Source of the DNA: Rariglobus sp.
GTDB taxonomy: Bacteria; Verrucomicrobiota; Verrucomicrobiia; Opitutales; Opitutaceae
Assembly (NCBI GenBank): GCA_044377395.1
Contig: JBILJE010000001.1
Coordinates: forward strand, 1 to 44,309
Direction: 5' to 3'
Length of the DNA stretch: 44,309 bases
A model generated the notes under the pieces. It ran no database searches. It was not told the origin of the DNA and was given only the letters and a program-made list of their open reading frames with translations. The position numbers and the translations under genes were made by a program. The stretch's first letter is position 1. Each line of letters starts with the position of its first letter. Shown here piece by piece: positions 34,643-43,931 of the stretch.

Positions 34643-35572
34643 CTACGCGCTGAAATACCAGGCGCGGCAGGAGGGCGGGATGATGAATTGGTCGAGTTGC
34701 GCGGCAAAGGTCTCGATCGGGGTTTTGACCACGCCGGCTAGGGGTTTTAGGTCGAGACCCAGGCGGGCGGGGCGTTTTGAGGCAGCCCTCGGGTCATCGG
34801 CGCGGGTGAGCGCGAGGAGCGGCGCGGAGGTTTCACTTAACTTGAAATGCGCGCGGATGCGGCGGGCGAGTTCGTGGCGGGAAAGCAGGTCGGCGCCGGC
34901 CCAGTGAAACACCCCGCGCACGTCGTTGCGCTCGAGGATTTCGACCATCAATTCGGCGAGATTTCCCGCAGTGCAGGGCTGGCGGAATTCGTCGGTGTAC
35001 ACGTGTGGGGTCTGGCCCGAGGCCCAGGCGGCAAACAGGCGCTCGTGCAGGCTGCGTTGCGCAGTGAGGCTGTTGCCACTGAGCAACGGGACGCGCAGGG
35101 TGACAGCCAAAAGAGGAGCGGCGGCCAGCACCAGGCGTTCGCTTTCAGCTTTCTGGCGGGCGTAAAGGTTGAGCGGTTTAACCGTGCTTTTGACCGTGTA
35201 GGCGTCGGCGCTGGTGCCATCGAAAACCTGCTCGGATGAGAGGTGAATGAGCTTGGCGCTGAGGTGGTGGGCGAGCCGGGCCAGGTGCTCGGGCAGGGCG
35301 ACGTTGAGGGCTTGGGCGCGGGCTGGATCGGCATCGCATTGGGCGGGCTCGGAAATGGCCGCGCAGTTGACGATGGCTTCAGGGAAGGTCTCCAGGACGA
35401 CCGCAGTGAGCGCAGCCTCATCGGTAAGGTCGAGGGCGCGTTTCTCGGCCAATCCGGGAACGGTTCCGGCATAGGCGCCGACCAAACCGATGACGTGGTG
35501 GCCACGACGGGTGGCGGCTTGGGCGAAGGCGCTGCCTACAAGTCCGGAGGCGCCGGTGAGCAAGATTTTCAT
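34643..35572 (-). CDS. RmlD-like (dTDP-4-dehydrorhamnose reductase family) extended SDR oxidoreductase
   Basis: MKILLTGASGLVG, IVNCAA, HLSSEQVFDG, PLNLYARQKAESE (YxxxK). It is not in an rml operon, so the substrate is uncertain. Confidence 0.82.
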   Translation of the reverse strand: MKILLTGASGLVGSAFAQAATRRGHHVIGLVGAYAGTVPGLAEKRALDLTDEAALTAVVLETFPEAIVNCAAISEPAQCDADPARAQALNVALPEHLARLAHHLSAKLIHLSSEQVFDGTSADAYTVKSTVKPLNLYARQKAESERLVLAAAPLLAVTLRVPLLSGNSLTAQRSLHERLFAAWASGQTPHVYTDEFRQPCTAGNLAELMVEILERNDVRGVFHWAGADLLSRHELARRIRAHFKLSETSAPLLALTRADDPRAASKRPARLGLDLKPLAGVVKTPIETFAAQLDQFIIPPSCRAWYFSA

Positions 35573-35705
35573 GTGCGGAGGACGGGGGAGACGTGGGGCT
35601 TTTCTAGCTTTGGGCGCTGCAGTTTTGCGCCTGCGAGAGGGCGGTCGGACGAGGCGGCCTCGCGCGTTTTTAAACAGAGGCGAAAGGCTCGGTTAACTCG
35701 AAGGT

Positions 35706-36347
35706 TCAAGGGGCGAGTCGTTCGATAATCCAGTCCCCGCCGACCGCGTCACGGCGGTAGCGCAGGCGGTCATGCAGGCGACTGCGGCGGCCCTGCCAGA
35801 ACTCGATGCTTTTCGGTGTCAGGCGATAGCCGCCCCAGGCGGGAGGCAGCGGGATCTCGGCACCGGCGTGGTTTTTCTCCAAGGTTTTTAGCGAGTCTTC
35901 CAGAATTGAGCGGCCGGTGATGATGGAGCTCTGCTGCGATACCCACGCCCCGAGTTGGCTGGCACGCGGGCGACTGTGGAAATACGCCGCACTTTCCTCG
36001 CGGCTGACCTGGGTGAGCTCGCCCTCGACGATGACCTGTCGCTCCAACGCGAGCCACGGGAACAGCAGTGTGGCGCGGGGGTTCTCGGTGAGCTCGCGGC
36101 CCTTGCGGCTTTCGTAGTTGGTGAAAAAAACGAAGCCGCGCCCATCGAGTCCCTTGAGCAATACGGTGCGAGCCGAGGGTCGGCCTTCGCGCGTCGTGGT
36201 GGCGAGCGTCATGGCATTCGGCTCGATGACCTGCGCCGCCTCAGCTTGCTGGAACCAGTGTTCGAATTGGCGGATGGGATCACGGGCGAGCTCTTTTTCC
36301 AAAAGGCCCGAAAGGCTGTAGTCTTTGCGGAGATCGGCGAGAGACAT
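35706..36347 (-). CDS. pdxH: Pyridoxamine 5'-phosphate oxidase
   Basis: LADLRKDY, EPNAMTLAT, PSARTVLLK, FFTNYESRKG, YFHSRP..SQLGAW.S.QS, EFWQGR.SRLHDR, WIIERLAP. Confidence 0.96.
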   Translation of the reverse strand: MSLADLRKDYSLSGLLEKELARDPIRQFEHWFQQAEAAQVIEPNAMTLATTTREGRPSARTVLLKGLDGRGFVFFTNYESRKGRELTENPRATLLFPWLALERQVIVEGELTQVSREESAAYFHSRPRASQLGAWVSQQSSIITGRSILEDSLKTLEKNHAGAEIPLPPAWGGYRLTPKSIEFWQGRRSRLHDRLRYRRDAVGGDWIIERLAP

Positions 36348-36390
36348 GGTTTACGGGGTGACGATGTGAGGCGAGGTGGACCTGTCAAAA

Positions 36391-36879
36391 TCAACGTGTC
36401 AGCGCGCGAATCTCCTCTGCCCAGTGTGGAAAGGCCGAGGTCAACGGGGTGCATTCCCCGAGGCGGAATTCGCGCTCATCCCAAGCCGGGCTCATGGTGC
36501 AGCCGAGTAAGGCCCAATGGCCGCCGGGAGCCAGTCGCGCGCCCTGCCACGTTCCTGCGGGCACCACCAGCAGCGGCCGCTGGCCATTCAGTATGTCGGG
36601 GCCAAGCTGGGTTTTGGTGCCCTTGCCGGTGGCCGGATCGAGACACAGGTGCTCGACTGGATCGCCTGCATAAAAGTGCCACAGCTCCTCGGTGCGCAGG
36701 GAGTGGAGGGCGGAAAAACCTTCGGGCGTGAGTAGAAAATAAATCGCGGATCCAGTCGCACGACCATTCGGCAGGTTCAAAGCGCTCCTGTAGGTGGAAC
36801 GGAAAAAACCACCCTCGTTGGGCAACGCTTCGAGTTGGAGCGCGGCAATGATCGAGGCAGCGGTGGGGTGGGGCGTCAT
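36391..36879 (-). CDS. Cupin_5 (DUF985) family protein
   Basis: LEALPNEGGFFRSTY, AIYFLL, ELWHFYAGDP, VPAGTWQGA, LLGCTMSP. Confidence 0.85.
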   Translation of the reverse strand: MTPHPTAASIIAALQLEALPNEGGFFRSTYRSALNLPNGRATGSAIYFLLTPEGFSALHSLRTEELWHFYAGDPVEHLCLDPATGKGTKTQLGPDILNGQRPLLVVPAGTWQGARLAPGGHWALLGCTMSPAWDEREFRLGECTPLTSAFPHWAEEIRALTR

Positions 36880-36911
36880 GGGCGTAACTGGTGCGAGCAG
36901 GTTTCCTAAAA

Positions 36912-37126
36912 GTATCGCAGACTTCCAGTCTGCTTATGGTGAAAGGGTGTTCACGCTGAGCATAACGAAAGAGTGTCGGGGGCAGGGGAATACCCTTCAG
37001 CTAAACCCCCTTGAGCTCACGCTCAAGGCCACGAGGAATTTGGGTTATCGGGGTGTGGCCCTGAGCGTGAGCTCAGGGGGGGCGAGGTGTATGCGCATCT
37101 AGCCACTCCACTCACGCTCAAGCGAA
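36912..37126. repeat. Repeat mosaic: single family A arm (36912-36933), family B doublet (37009-37032 / 37055-37078) and degenerate B arms
   Basis: GTATCGCAGACTTCCAGTCTGC; CCTTGAGCTCACGCTCAAGGCCAC; GTGGCCCTGAGCGTGAGCTCAGGG; partial CTCACGCTCAAG near 37111. Confidence 0.75.
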
Positions 37127-37242
37127 CCTTAGGGTGTCGGGGGGAGTAGTTGTGCAAAATCAGCGAGCCGCCGCTGGGCTTCTCGCGCGAAACTGAAATC
37201 CGGAACTTGCCCTCGGTTACCTCCTACGGCTCGATGCCGGGA

Positions 37243-37554
37243 ATGATGTTTTTGACTTCTTCCCGTGGGCGCCTGCGCCTGATCGGTTGGCTTGAGGGCA
37301 CCTCGTTTATCCTGCTGCTGGGACTGGCCATGCCGTTAAAGTATTTCTGGGGCCAGCCGGAATGGGTGCGGGTAATCGGTATGGCGCACGGCGTCTTGTT
37401 TATCGCCTATCTGGCTGCCGCGCTTCAGGCCGCCATTGATGAGGGCTGGTCGGTGATCCGCACCGGACTGGTCATGGCGGCGAGCTTTTTGCCCTTAGGC
37501 ACGTTTTATGTGGATGCTAAATGGCTCCGGTCGCCCGTCACGGTGCGCTCTTGA
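37243..37554 (+). CDS. DUF3817 family small integral membrane protein
   Basis: LRLIGWLEGTSFILLLGLAMPLKY...GMAHGVLFIAY...ASFLPLGTF; ATG at 37243 or 37246. Confidence 0.82.
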   Translation: MMFLTSSRGRLRLIGWLEGTSFILLLGLAMPLKYFWGQPEWVRVIGMAHGVLFIAYLAAALQAAIDEGWSVIRTGLVMAASFLPLGTFYVDAKWLRSPVTVRS

Positions 37555-39724
37555 GGGCGTCGAGCACGGTTCCGGGGGTGAGTAACTCGGGGAGCACGAT
37601 GGGCGTGGGTCTGTCGGGGAGGTAAACGAGGTTAAAGGGCACCGCGCTGCGGTTCCACTTGGCCAATTCAGCGGTGATACGCGGATCGGAGTCGGTCCAG
37701 TCGGCGCGTAGGGTAACTACCTCGCGTTCGCGGAAGGCTTTGAGCACCTCGGCCGAGCTGAACACGACTTTTTTGTTGGTTTGGCAGGTAAAACACCAGC
37801 GCGCCGTGAAATCGACGTACACCGGTTTGCCGTTCGCCACCGCTGCGGCCACCGCCTCGGGGCTCCAGGTTTGCCAGACGATCGAGGTAGGCGCAGGCGG
37901 GCGCGGCCAGCCTATCCCGAGCCCGAGTCCAAGCAGGAGCAGGCCACCGATCACCCCAAGGCGGGCGCGCGCGGGCGTGGCGCTGAAGGTGGCGTAGCGT
38001 CCGTACAGCCACGTAGCCAACGCGATCACGGTGAGACCGAGTAACACCGCGAGCAGCGCCGTGTCGTCGGCTTTGAGCTGTCCGGCCAGCACCCAAATCA
38101 GGTAACCCACCGTCGCATACAGCGGGAACGCCATGGCCTGCTTAAAGGTTTCCATCCACGCGCCGGGGCGGGGGAGTAGTTTCACCGCCTGCGGGAAAAT
38201 CGAGAGCAGCAGGTAGGGGAGCGCCAAACCGACCGCGATGGCGGTGAACACGGCGAACGACTCGACCACCGGCAAGGCCAGCGCAGCGCCGAGAGCGGGC
38301 GCCAGAAACGGCGCGCTGCACGGAGTCGCCACCACGGTTGCGAGCACGCCGGTGAAGAACGAACCGGTGAAGCCGCTCTGGGTTTGCAGGCCTGCGCCGA
38401 CGCCGACCGCGCGCAGGCCGAACTCAAACACCCCGCTCATGCTCAGCGCGAACACCAGCATCACCGCAGCCAGGGCAAAGACGAAGCCGGGCGACTGGAG
38501 TTGAAAGCCCCAGCCGAGCTGGTCGCCACCGGCGCGCAGCACCGCGAGCGCGCCCGCCAGCGTCCAGAACGAGAGTAACACTCCGCCTGCGAACGCGAGT
38601 CCGTGCAGCGTGACCTTGCGGCGGTCGGCTCCAGCCTGATTAACGAAGCCGAGGATTTTTATCCCCAGAACCGGGAAGACGCACGGCATCAGGTTGAGGA
38701 TCAGCCCGCCCACAAAAGCCAGCAGCAGGGTGCCGGCAAGGGTGTCCACCGCCACTGCCGCCTCGGGCGTGGCACGAGTGACGCCGAAGCCGCCCGTCAT
38801 CGCCGCAGCCCCGTTTGCAGTCGTCGGGACGAGCGAGGCGGGCTCGATGGGGACGTCGATGCGGAAGCCTGTGGCGGCCGGTTCGCCCTCGATGCGGAGC
38901 ACGCCGGTAAGGCGCGTGGGGGCGGCGGCGAGTTCGGGTGTGACGAGGAGGTCGAGGCTCAGCCATTCGCCGCCGATGCCGCTGGCGGTCGGCGCGGCGG
39001 TGGCGGCGCTGCCCGTGGAGTTCGACGCGGCGGGGCGCACGGTCTGGGGTTGGTCGAAGGCGATGGTCTCATCGTTGGCAAAAAACCACGGTTCTTGCGC
39101 CGGTGGGAGTGCCTGTGCGTCGGGGCCGGCGTGGGTGAGGCGCAGGTTGATCTTGTCGCCTTGGCGGGTGGCGCGAGCGGACAGACCGGTTAACTCGCGT
39201 GGTTGGTCGGCGAGGGTTGCGGCGATGGCGGCGCCGTGAAGGGGATCAGCGGCGGGTGGGCTGGCCAGGATGGGCAGGGTGAGCGAGACGGCGGCTTTGC
39301 CCGGCACGCAGGTTTCCGCGCACATCAGCCAGCTCGCGTCTGCGGCGAGGGTGACGCTGCTGCCGGGGGCGAGGTCGGCGGGAGGGGTCAAGGTGACGGG
39401 CAGGTAAAGGACGCCTTCGTAGCCGTTGCCGGCGATGAGGCCTTGGGGGTCGCGGATCACTTTGGGCAGCGGCCAGTGAATCGGCGAGGCGGTCCAACCG
39501 GGCGGGAGTTTCCAGCGTAGTTGAGTGGGCAAACCGGTGCCGGGATTAAGCCAGTAGGTGTGCCACGGCGCTTCGTGAACCAGTCGGAGGGCAACGGTGA
39601 ACGGGCGACCGGGTTGCACCGACTCTTCGGCGGCGGTGAGCGAGGCCTGCACTTGGGCCTGGGTGGCAGGTGCAAAAAAAGCGAAAAGAAGCGCGAGGAA
39701 GGCGAGCGTTGAGCGAATTTGCAT
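37538..39724 (-). CDS. dsbD: Thiol:disulfide interchange protein, DsbD family (periplasmic N-domain + transmembrane domain + thioredoxin)
   Basis: Signal peptide, WHTYWLNPG, CAETC, LNLMPCVFPV, ATPCSAP, VDFTARWCFTC. Confidence 0.88.
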   Translation of the reverse strand: MQIRSTLAFLALLFAFFAPATQAQVQASLTAAEESVQPGRPFTVALRLVHEAPWHTYWLNPGTGLPTQLRWKLPPGWTASPIHWPLPKVIRDPQGLIAGNGYEGVLYLPVTLTPPADLAPGSSVTLAADASWLMCAETCVPGKAAVSLTLPILASPPAADPLHGAAIAATLADQPRELTGLSARATRQGDKINLRLTHAGPDAQALPPAQEPWFFANDETIAFDQPQTVRPAASNSTGSAATAAPTASGIGGEWLSLDLLVTPELAAAPTRLTGVLRIEGEPAATGFRIDVPIEPASLVPTTANGAAAMTGGFGVTRATPEAAVAVDTLAGTLLLAFVGGLILNLMPCVFPVLGIKILGFVNQAGADRRKVTLHGLAFAGGVLLSFWTLAGALAVLRAGGDQLGWGFQLQSPGFVFALAAVMLVFALSMSGVFEFGLRAVGVGAGLQTQSGFTGSFFTGVLATVVATPCSAPFLAPALGAALALPVVESFAVFTAIAVGLALPYLLLSIFPQAVKLLPRPGAWMETFKQAMAFPLYATVGYLIWVLAGQLKADDTALLAVLLGLTVIALATWLYGRYATFSATPARARLGVIGGLLLLGLGLGIGWPRPPAPTSIVWQTWSPEAVAAAVANGKPVYVDFTARWCFTCQTNKKVVFSSAEVLKAFREREVVTLRADWTDSDPRITAELAKWNRSAVPFNLVYLPDRPTPIVLPELLTPGTVLDALKSAP

Positions 39725-39778
39725 GGGCGGGGAGGAGAAGAGAACGGCGAACGGCGTGAGAGATTCCCTGGACTGGTT

Positions 39779-40486
39779 TTATTCCCCGTTGCGCCGGGGT
39801 TGGGTACGGCTCGTCATATGGGCGAGCAAGAGGCAGTAAAAGCATAGCACGAGGTTCTGGAGCGGCAGTTGCAGTGGCGTGGGCAACGCAAAGATAATGC
39901 ACACCAACGGTAGCCAGACCCCGGTGTTAGCAAAAAGCTGTGGAAGCACGCGGCGCGCATACCAGCGGGGTTGGCGTAGATCGGCAAGGACCGCATCAAG
40001 GCGGCAGCCGTGCTGGCACCAAAAGTAAAAGACCGCAGTGCTGGGCACGGCCCACAGCGGGCACCAGATGAACTGGTCGAGCATGGTCTTAATGGCCACA
40101 TTGCCGATGTTGTTTGAATCACCGATTGCCCAAGCCAGAAATAAATACCACGCACTGATTTCAATGCCCTTGTAAGCCCAATACGCCGTGTACAGAGAGC
40201 CTTGCTTCCAGGTGAGTTGGTCGCGGGAGGCGGGTGAGCTTTTCAGGTAAAACAGGGGCAGTAATCCGCCAAATAGCCCGGTGGAGAGGACCGCGAAGGG
40301 CCAACCGATGCGGGCACGTAAATCAGTAATTTGGGTGAGGAACTCATGCGTCGGCCCGTGCCAATAGTAGCCGAGTACCACCACGAGCGCGAAGGCTTGC
40401 AGGGCGAGGCCGGGGATGAGGTTGGCGCGTGCGCTACGCAGGCCGGCTTTCCAGGGAGCTTCGTCGAGAGAGACTGGGACGGACAT
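39779..40486 (-). CDS. Integral membrane protein, Mpv17/PMP22-like C-terminal half
   Basis: Several hydrophobic helices; K...DQF.W.P and N..VW.P....F..P..LQ....N pattern. Confidence 0.6.
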   Translation of the reverse strand: MSVPVSLDEAPWKAGLRSARANLIPGLALQAFALVVVLGYYWHGPTHEFLTQITDLRARIGWPFAVLSTGLFGGLLPLFYLKSSPASRDQLTWKQGSLYTAYWAYKGIEISAWYLFLAWAIGDSNNIGNVAIKTMLDQFIWCPLWAVPSTAVFYFWCQHGCRLDAVLADLRQPRWYARRVLPQLFANTGVWLPLVCIIFALPTPLQLPLQNLVLCFYCLLLAHMTSRTQPRRNGE

Positions 40487-40574
40487 ACAGTGGAGTGAAC
40501 GTGCCGCTCGCCTTACTTCTCGGCGAGCGGGAAGTAGCTGAGGGCGTTTCCTTCACTCAAAGTGCCTCCACTGA

Positions 40575-41126
40575 TTACTCCGTTTCCGAAAACCGGCAGA
40601 GCGCATGCACCGCGATACCCTCTGCGATCAGTTTGGCCGAGCCGCCCAGCTCGGGCAGGTCGATCACCGCCGCTACACCGACCACCTCGGCACCCAGCGA
40701 GCGGATCAATTTGGCCGCCGCCAGCACCGTGCCGCCGGTGGCGATGAGGTCATCGACGATGAGCACGCGGTCGCCGGGCTTGCACGCATCGGTGTGGATC
40801 TCGATGGATGCTTTACCGTATTCCAGCGCGTAGTCGGTGCCCACCGTGCCGAAGGGCAACTTGCCCTTCTTGCGCACCAGCATGAAGGGCTTGTGCAGTT
40901 GGTAAGCCAGCGCCCCACCGAGGATAAAACCGCGCGCGTCCACCGCCGCCAACAAGTTCACCCCGAGCCGGGTCGCATCCAGGGAAAAGCTTTCGACCAG
41001 CACGCGGAAAGCCTCCGGGTCGTGAAACAGGGTGGTGACATCGCGGAAGTTGATCCCAGCGTGCGGCCAGTTGCGGACGGTGCGAATGCGCGCTTTCAGG
41101 TAGGATTCGGTGTCGGGGTAGGGCAT
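40575..41126 (-). CDS. apt: Adenine phosphoribosyltransferase
   Basis: IRTVRNWPHAGINFRDVTTL, DARGFILG, VRKKGKLP, YALEYG, VLIVDDLIATGGT; start placed at ATG 41126. Confidence 0.95.
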   Translation of the reverse strand: MPYPDTESYLKARIRTVRNWPHAGINFRDVTTLFHDPEAFRVLVESFSLDATRLGVNLLAAVDARGFILGGALAYQLHKPFMLVRKKGKLPFGTVGTDYALEYGKASIEIHTDACKPGDRVLIVDDLIATGGTVLAAAKLIRSLGAEVVGVAAVIDLPELGGSAKLIAEGIAVHALCRFSETE

Positions 41127-41198
41127 GGGGAAAACGCCAACCGTGGCCGCTTCGCTTTTGGCGGGCGAGCCCGCTTTCAGTCTGAAAGGCGGTGAAAA

Positions 41199-41261
41199 GT
41201 AGCGCAGACTTCCAGTCTGCTGGGTGTGGAAAAGCAGAAGCAGGCTGGAAGCCTGCGCTAC
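41199..41261. repeat. GTAG-type REP inverted doublet (family A)
   Basis: GTAGCGCAGACTTCCAGTCTGC...GCAGGCTGGAAGCCTGCGCTAC with compensatory stem changes. Confidence 0.85.
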
Positions 41262-41368
41262 TTTTATGCCCTTAAGCTCCATAAATGGATGCCTTGCGCA
41301 GCATTAATTTTTGAGCGGTCGCGAGCTCGTGCGTTGCGTCACTTCGGTGCGGCCGGCAAGTTGCCGCG

Positions 41369-41983
41369 ATGCACCTCGATTTCACCGCGCTTTCTCCTCG
41401 TGACGCCTATAACTGGATGGCGGATACAATCACCCCCCGGCCGATCGCCTGGGTGTCCACGATTTCGGCCGACGGGCGCACCAATCTGGCGCCCTTTTCC
41501 TTTTTTAACGGCATCACCGGCAACCCGCCCACGCTGATGTTTTCGGCGGTCAACAACCGCGCCGGGGAGAAGAAGGACACCGTGCGCAATATCGAGGCGA
41601 CCGGGCAATTTGTGGTGAATCTCGTTTCCCATGGGCTCACCGAAAAGATGAATGCCTGCGCCGCGCTGCTGCCGTACGGCGAGAGTGAGTTTGATAAATT
41701 CGGCATCGCCGCCGTCGCCTCTACGCAGGTGCGCCCGCCGCGAGTGGCGGAGGCGCCGGTGGCCTTCGAGTGCCGGCTGCATTCCATCGTGCCGATGGGC
41801 GAGGGCGCGGGGGCGGCCAGCGTGGTGTTTGGGCGCATTGTTGCCGCCTATGTGAGCGATGCGGTTCTCGGAGCCAGCGGGACGATTGAGCCCGCCTTAC
41901 TCGACACCGTCGGGCGGCTGGGCGGCGAAAACTACGTGACCACCCGCGACCGTTTTAACCTCAAGCGCCCCGACCGGCGCTGA
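41369..41983 (+). CDS. Flavin reductase family protein (DIM6/NTAB-like)
   Basis: PRPIAWVST, NLAPFSFFN, KDTVRNIEATGQFVVN, PPRVAEAPVAFEC, GRLGG..Y. Confidence 0.9.
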   Translation: MHLDFTALSPRDAYNWMADTITPRPIAWVSTISADGRTNLAPFSFFNGITGNPPTLMFSAVNNRAGEKKDTVRNIEATGQFVVNLVSHGLTEKMNACAALLPYGESEFDKFGIAAVASTQVRPPRVAEAPVAFECRLHSIVPMGEGAGAASVVFGRIVAAYVSDAVLGASGTIEPALLDTVGRLGGENYVTTRDRFNLKRPDRR

Positions 41984-42061
41984 GCCGCGACGCGGCTCAG
42001 CGCGGGTCGGGGCGCTGCAAGCCTGGCTGTGGCTGGGCTTACGCGTCCTAGCGTAGTGAAA

Positions 42062-42182
42062 CCTTGAGCTCACGCTCAAGGCCACGCCTTTCGTGGGAAC
42101 GCTCTCCGCATCCCTGATGCTAACGCTCAATGCCACTCCCTTCATGAACACACTCCCCGTGGCCTTGAGCGTGAGCTCAGGG
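42062..42182. repeat. GTGG-type REP cluster (family B), two good arms plus one degenerate arm
   Basis: Arms at 42062-42085, 42112-42136 (degenerate) and 42159-42182. Confidence 0.8.
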
Positions 42183-42248
42183 TGATTGCCCAGCGGCTGC
42201 CGCTGCCCCACGGACCGTTTTCCTTAAGCTTATCTTGAACGCGACGTA

Positions 42249-43745
42249 TTACGCGTCGCCCAGATCCATCGCGTCGGCGAGCGCGGCGTAGCCGTTCTTG
42301 GGGATGATGAACGGGTCCATGATCGACTCGCTGCGAATCGGGGTTTTCGCCGCCGCCGTCGGTGCGCCCGGAGCGACTTTGGGCGCAGGGGCAGCGGCGG
42401 CCACCACGGTGGGTGTTTGAATGACTGCGGCCACTTCCACGGGTGCAGACGCAACTGCGGGCGCTGCGACGATCACCGGCTCCTGAGCCACCTCGACTGG
42501 CGCAACTTTGGCCGTGATCACCATGGGCACGACCTCTTCCACCGTTGCAACCGCCACAACGGCTGCGGGCGCCTGCTCGACGGGAGCCTGCTGCACGGGG
42601 GCTGCAGCGGCCAACGCGGGTGCGAGGGCTGCTGGCGCTGCGGCGGCCACTTCGGCAACGCGGTTCAATTGGTTAACCAAGCCCGCCACGGCTGCCTCCA
42701 CCTCCGCCAAGCGTTCAGTCAGCGCGGCGGTCGTGGCGCAAAGGCGCACCTCGGCGACGGACACCCGCTGCTCGACTTCGGCGGCGAGTTTTACCGGTGC
42801 CGCAGCAAGGGCGTCCTGCAACTCGCTGCGAGCGCTGCGCGCCTGTTCCGCAGCGACCGGGAGTTCGCTCAGTGAGGCCGCGATCGCCGCGCGGTGGTCG
42901 CGCACGTTTGCCTCAAGGCGACCGAACTCCTGGAGCGTGGTTTTAAACTCCGCGGCCGCCGTGCCGATGGGGGCAACCTGGGCGGTGAGCGCTGCAAACT
43001 GGTCGGCGAAGGTCGCCATCTGGCTGGAGACGCTCGCTTCGCGGGCGGCCAAGGCGGACTCTTGCGTCGCGTTTTTCTCCACTTGGCCGGTCAACGCAGA
43101 CAGCTGGCCGGTGAGCGTGGTCAACTGGCCGTCGAGCTTCGCCGAGTGCTGGGTGAGGGCGGCTTCACGCGCTTCCAGAGCCGAATCCTGCGCACCGGAC
43201 ACGGCGGCCTGACTGGCGAGTTGCGCCGCCTGCTGTTCGAGCTGAGCGGCCAGTTGCGCACCGAGTTGGGCGGCCAAGGCGGATTCCTGCTGGGCGGCGC
43301 GTTCGGCGCGGGACTGGGCGAGCTGCTCGGCTGCGGTTAATTTTTGAGTGAGCGCCTCGGCGGTTTGCTGGAAAACCACGGGCAGGCGCTCGGCGGCGGC
43401 AAGGCTGCGGCTGGCGAGAGCGGCGGCGTCTTCGAGCCCGGTGGCGGCGGCGGCCCATTGGGTGCCCCAGCGCGAAGCGTGGGCATTGGACGCGGTGACC
43501 AGCTCGGCCAACTCGCGTTGACGCTCGGCCAGGGCGACATCGCGCTGGTGGGCGTCGTTAACAATAAAGGGATAAACCATCGCGACCGCACCCAGTCCGA
43601 CGCAGCTCACCACGGCCAGCAAAGGCCCGCCGGTGAGTTCGCCTTGGGTGCCCCAGCCGATCAGCCCTGCCGTGAGCAACAACCCGGCATCGGCGGCGAT
43701 AAACGGCAAAACTGACAGCGGGCGAGGGGACGATGTGGTGCTCAT
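42249..43745 (-). CDS. Membrane-anchored Ala/Gln-rich coiled-coil protein of unknown function
   Basis: Two N-terminal hydrophobic helices, long heptad region, Ala/Pro/Val linker and short C-terminal motif. Confidence 0.75.
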   Translation of the reverse strand: MSTTSSPRPLSVLPFIAADAGLLLTAGLIGWGTQGELTGGPLLAVVSCVGLGAVAMVYPFIVNDAHQRDVALAERQRELAELVTASNAHASRWGTQWAAAATGLEDAAALASRSLAAAERLPVVFQQTAEALTQKLTAAEQLAQSRAERAAQQESALAAQLGAQLAAQLEQQAAQLASQAAVSGAQDSALEAREAALTQHSAKLDGQLTTLTGQLSALTGQVEKNATQESALAAREASVSSQMATFADQFAALTAQVAPIGTAAAEFKTTLQEFGRLEANVRDHRAAIAASLSELPVAAEQARSARSELQDALAAAPVKLAAEVEQRVSVAEVRLCATTAALTERLAEVEAAVAGLVNQLNRVAEVAAAAPAALAPALAAAAPVQQAPVEQAPAAVVAVATVEEVVPMVITAKVAPVEVAQEPVIVAAPAVASAPVEVAAVIQTPTVVAAAAPAPKVAPGAPTAAAKTPIRSESIMDPFIIPKNGYAALADAMDLGDA

Positions 43746-43825
43746 GCGACGATAGAGAAAGTGATAGCGGCATCTTCGTTCCGCTCCCTGACGGTTTTCA
43801 AGGGTGAAGGTCTCGGCCCGAAAAA

Positions 43826-43886
43826 GTAGCGCAGACTTCCAGTCTGCTCAGAATTTACCCAGAGGCAGACTGGAAGTCTGCGCTAC
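43826..43886. repeat. GTAG-type REP inverted doublet (family A)
   Basis: Perfect 22-bp inverted pair. Confidence 0.85.
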
Positions 43887-43931
43887 GACGAAACGCACCT
43901 AAGTCGGAACGCCTCGTCCCATTCCAGCTCC

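Noticed and set aside
41127-41282. N-terminal extension of Apt in the ORF track
   Set aside because: It runs through a family A REP doublet (VAQASSL...QTGSLRY). Apt homology begins at Met 41126.
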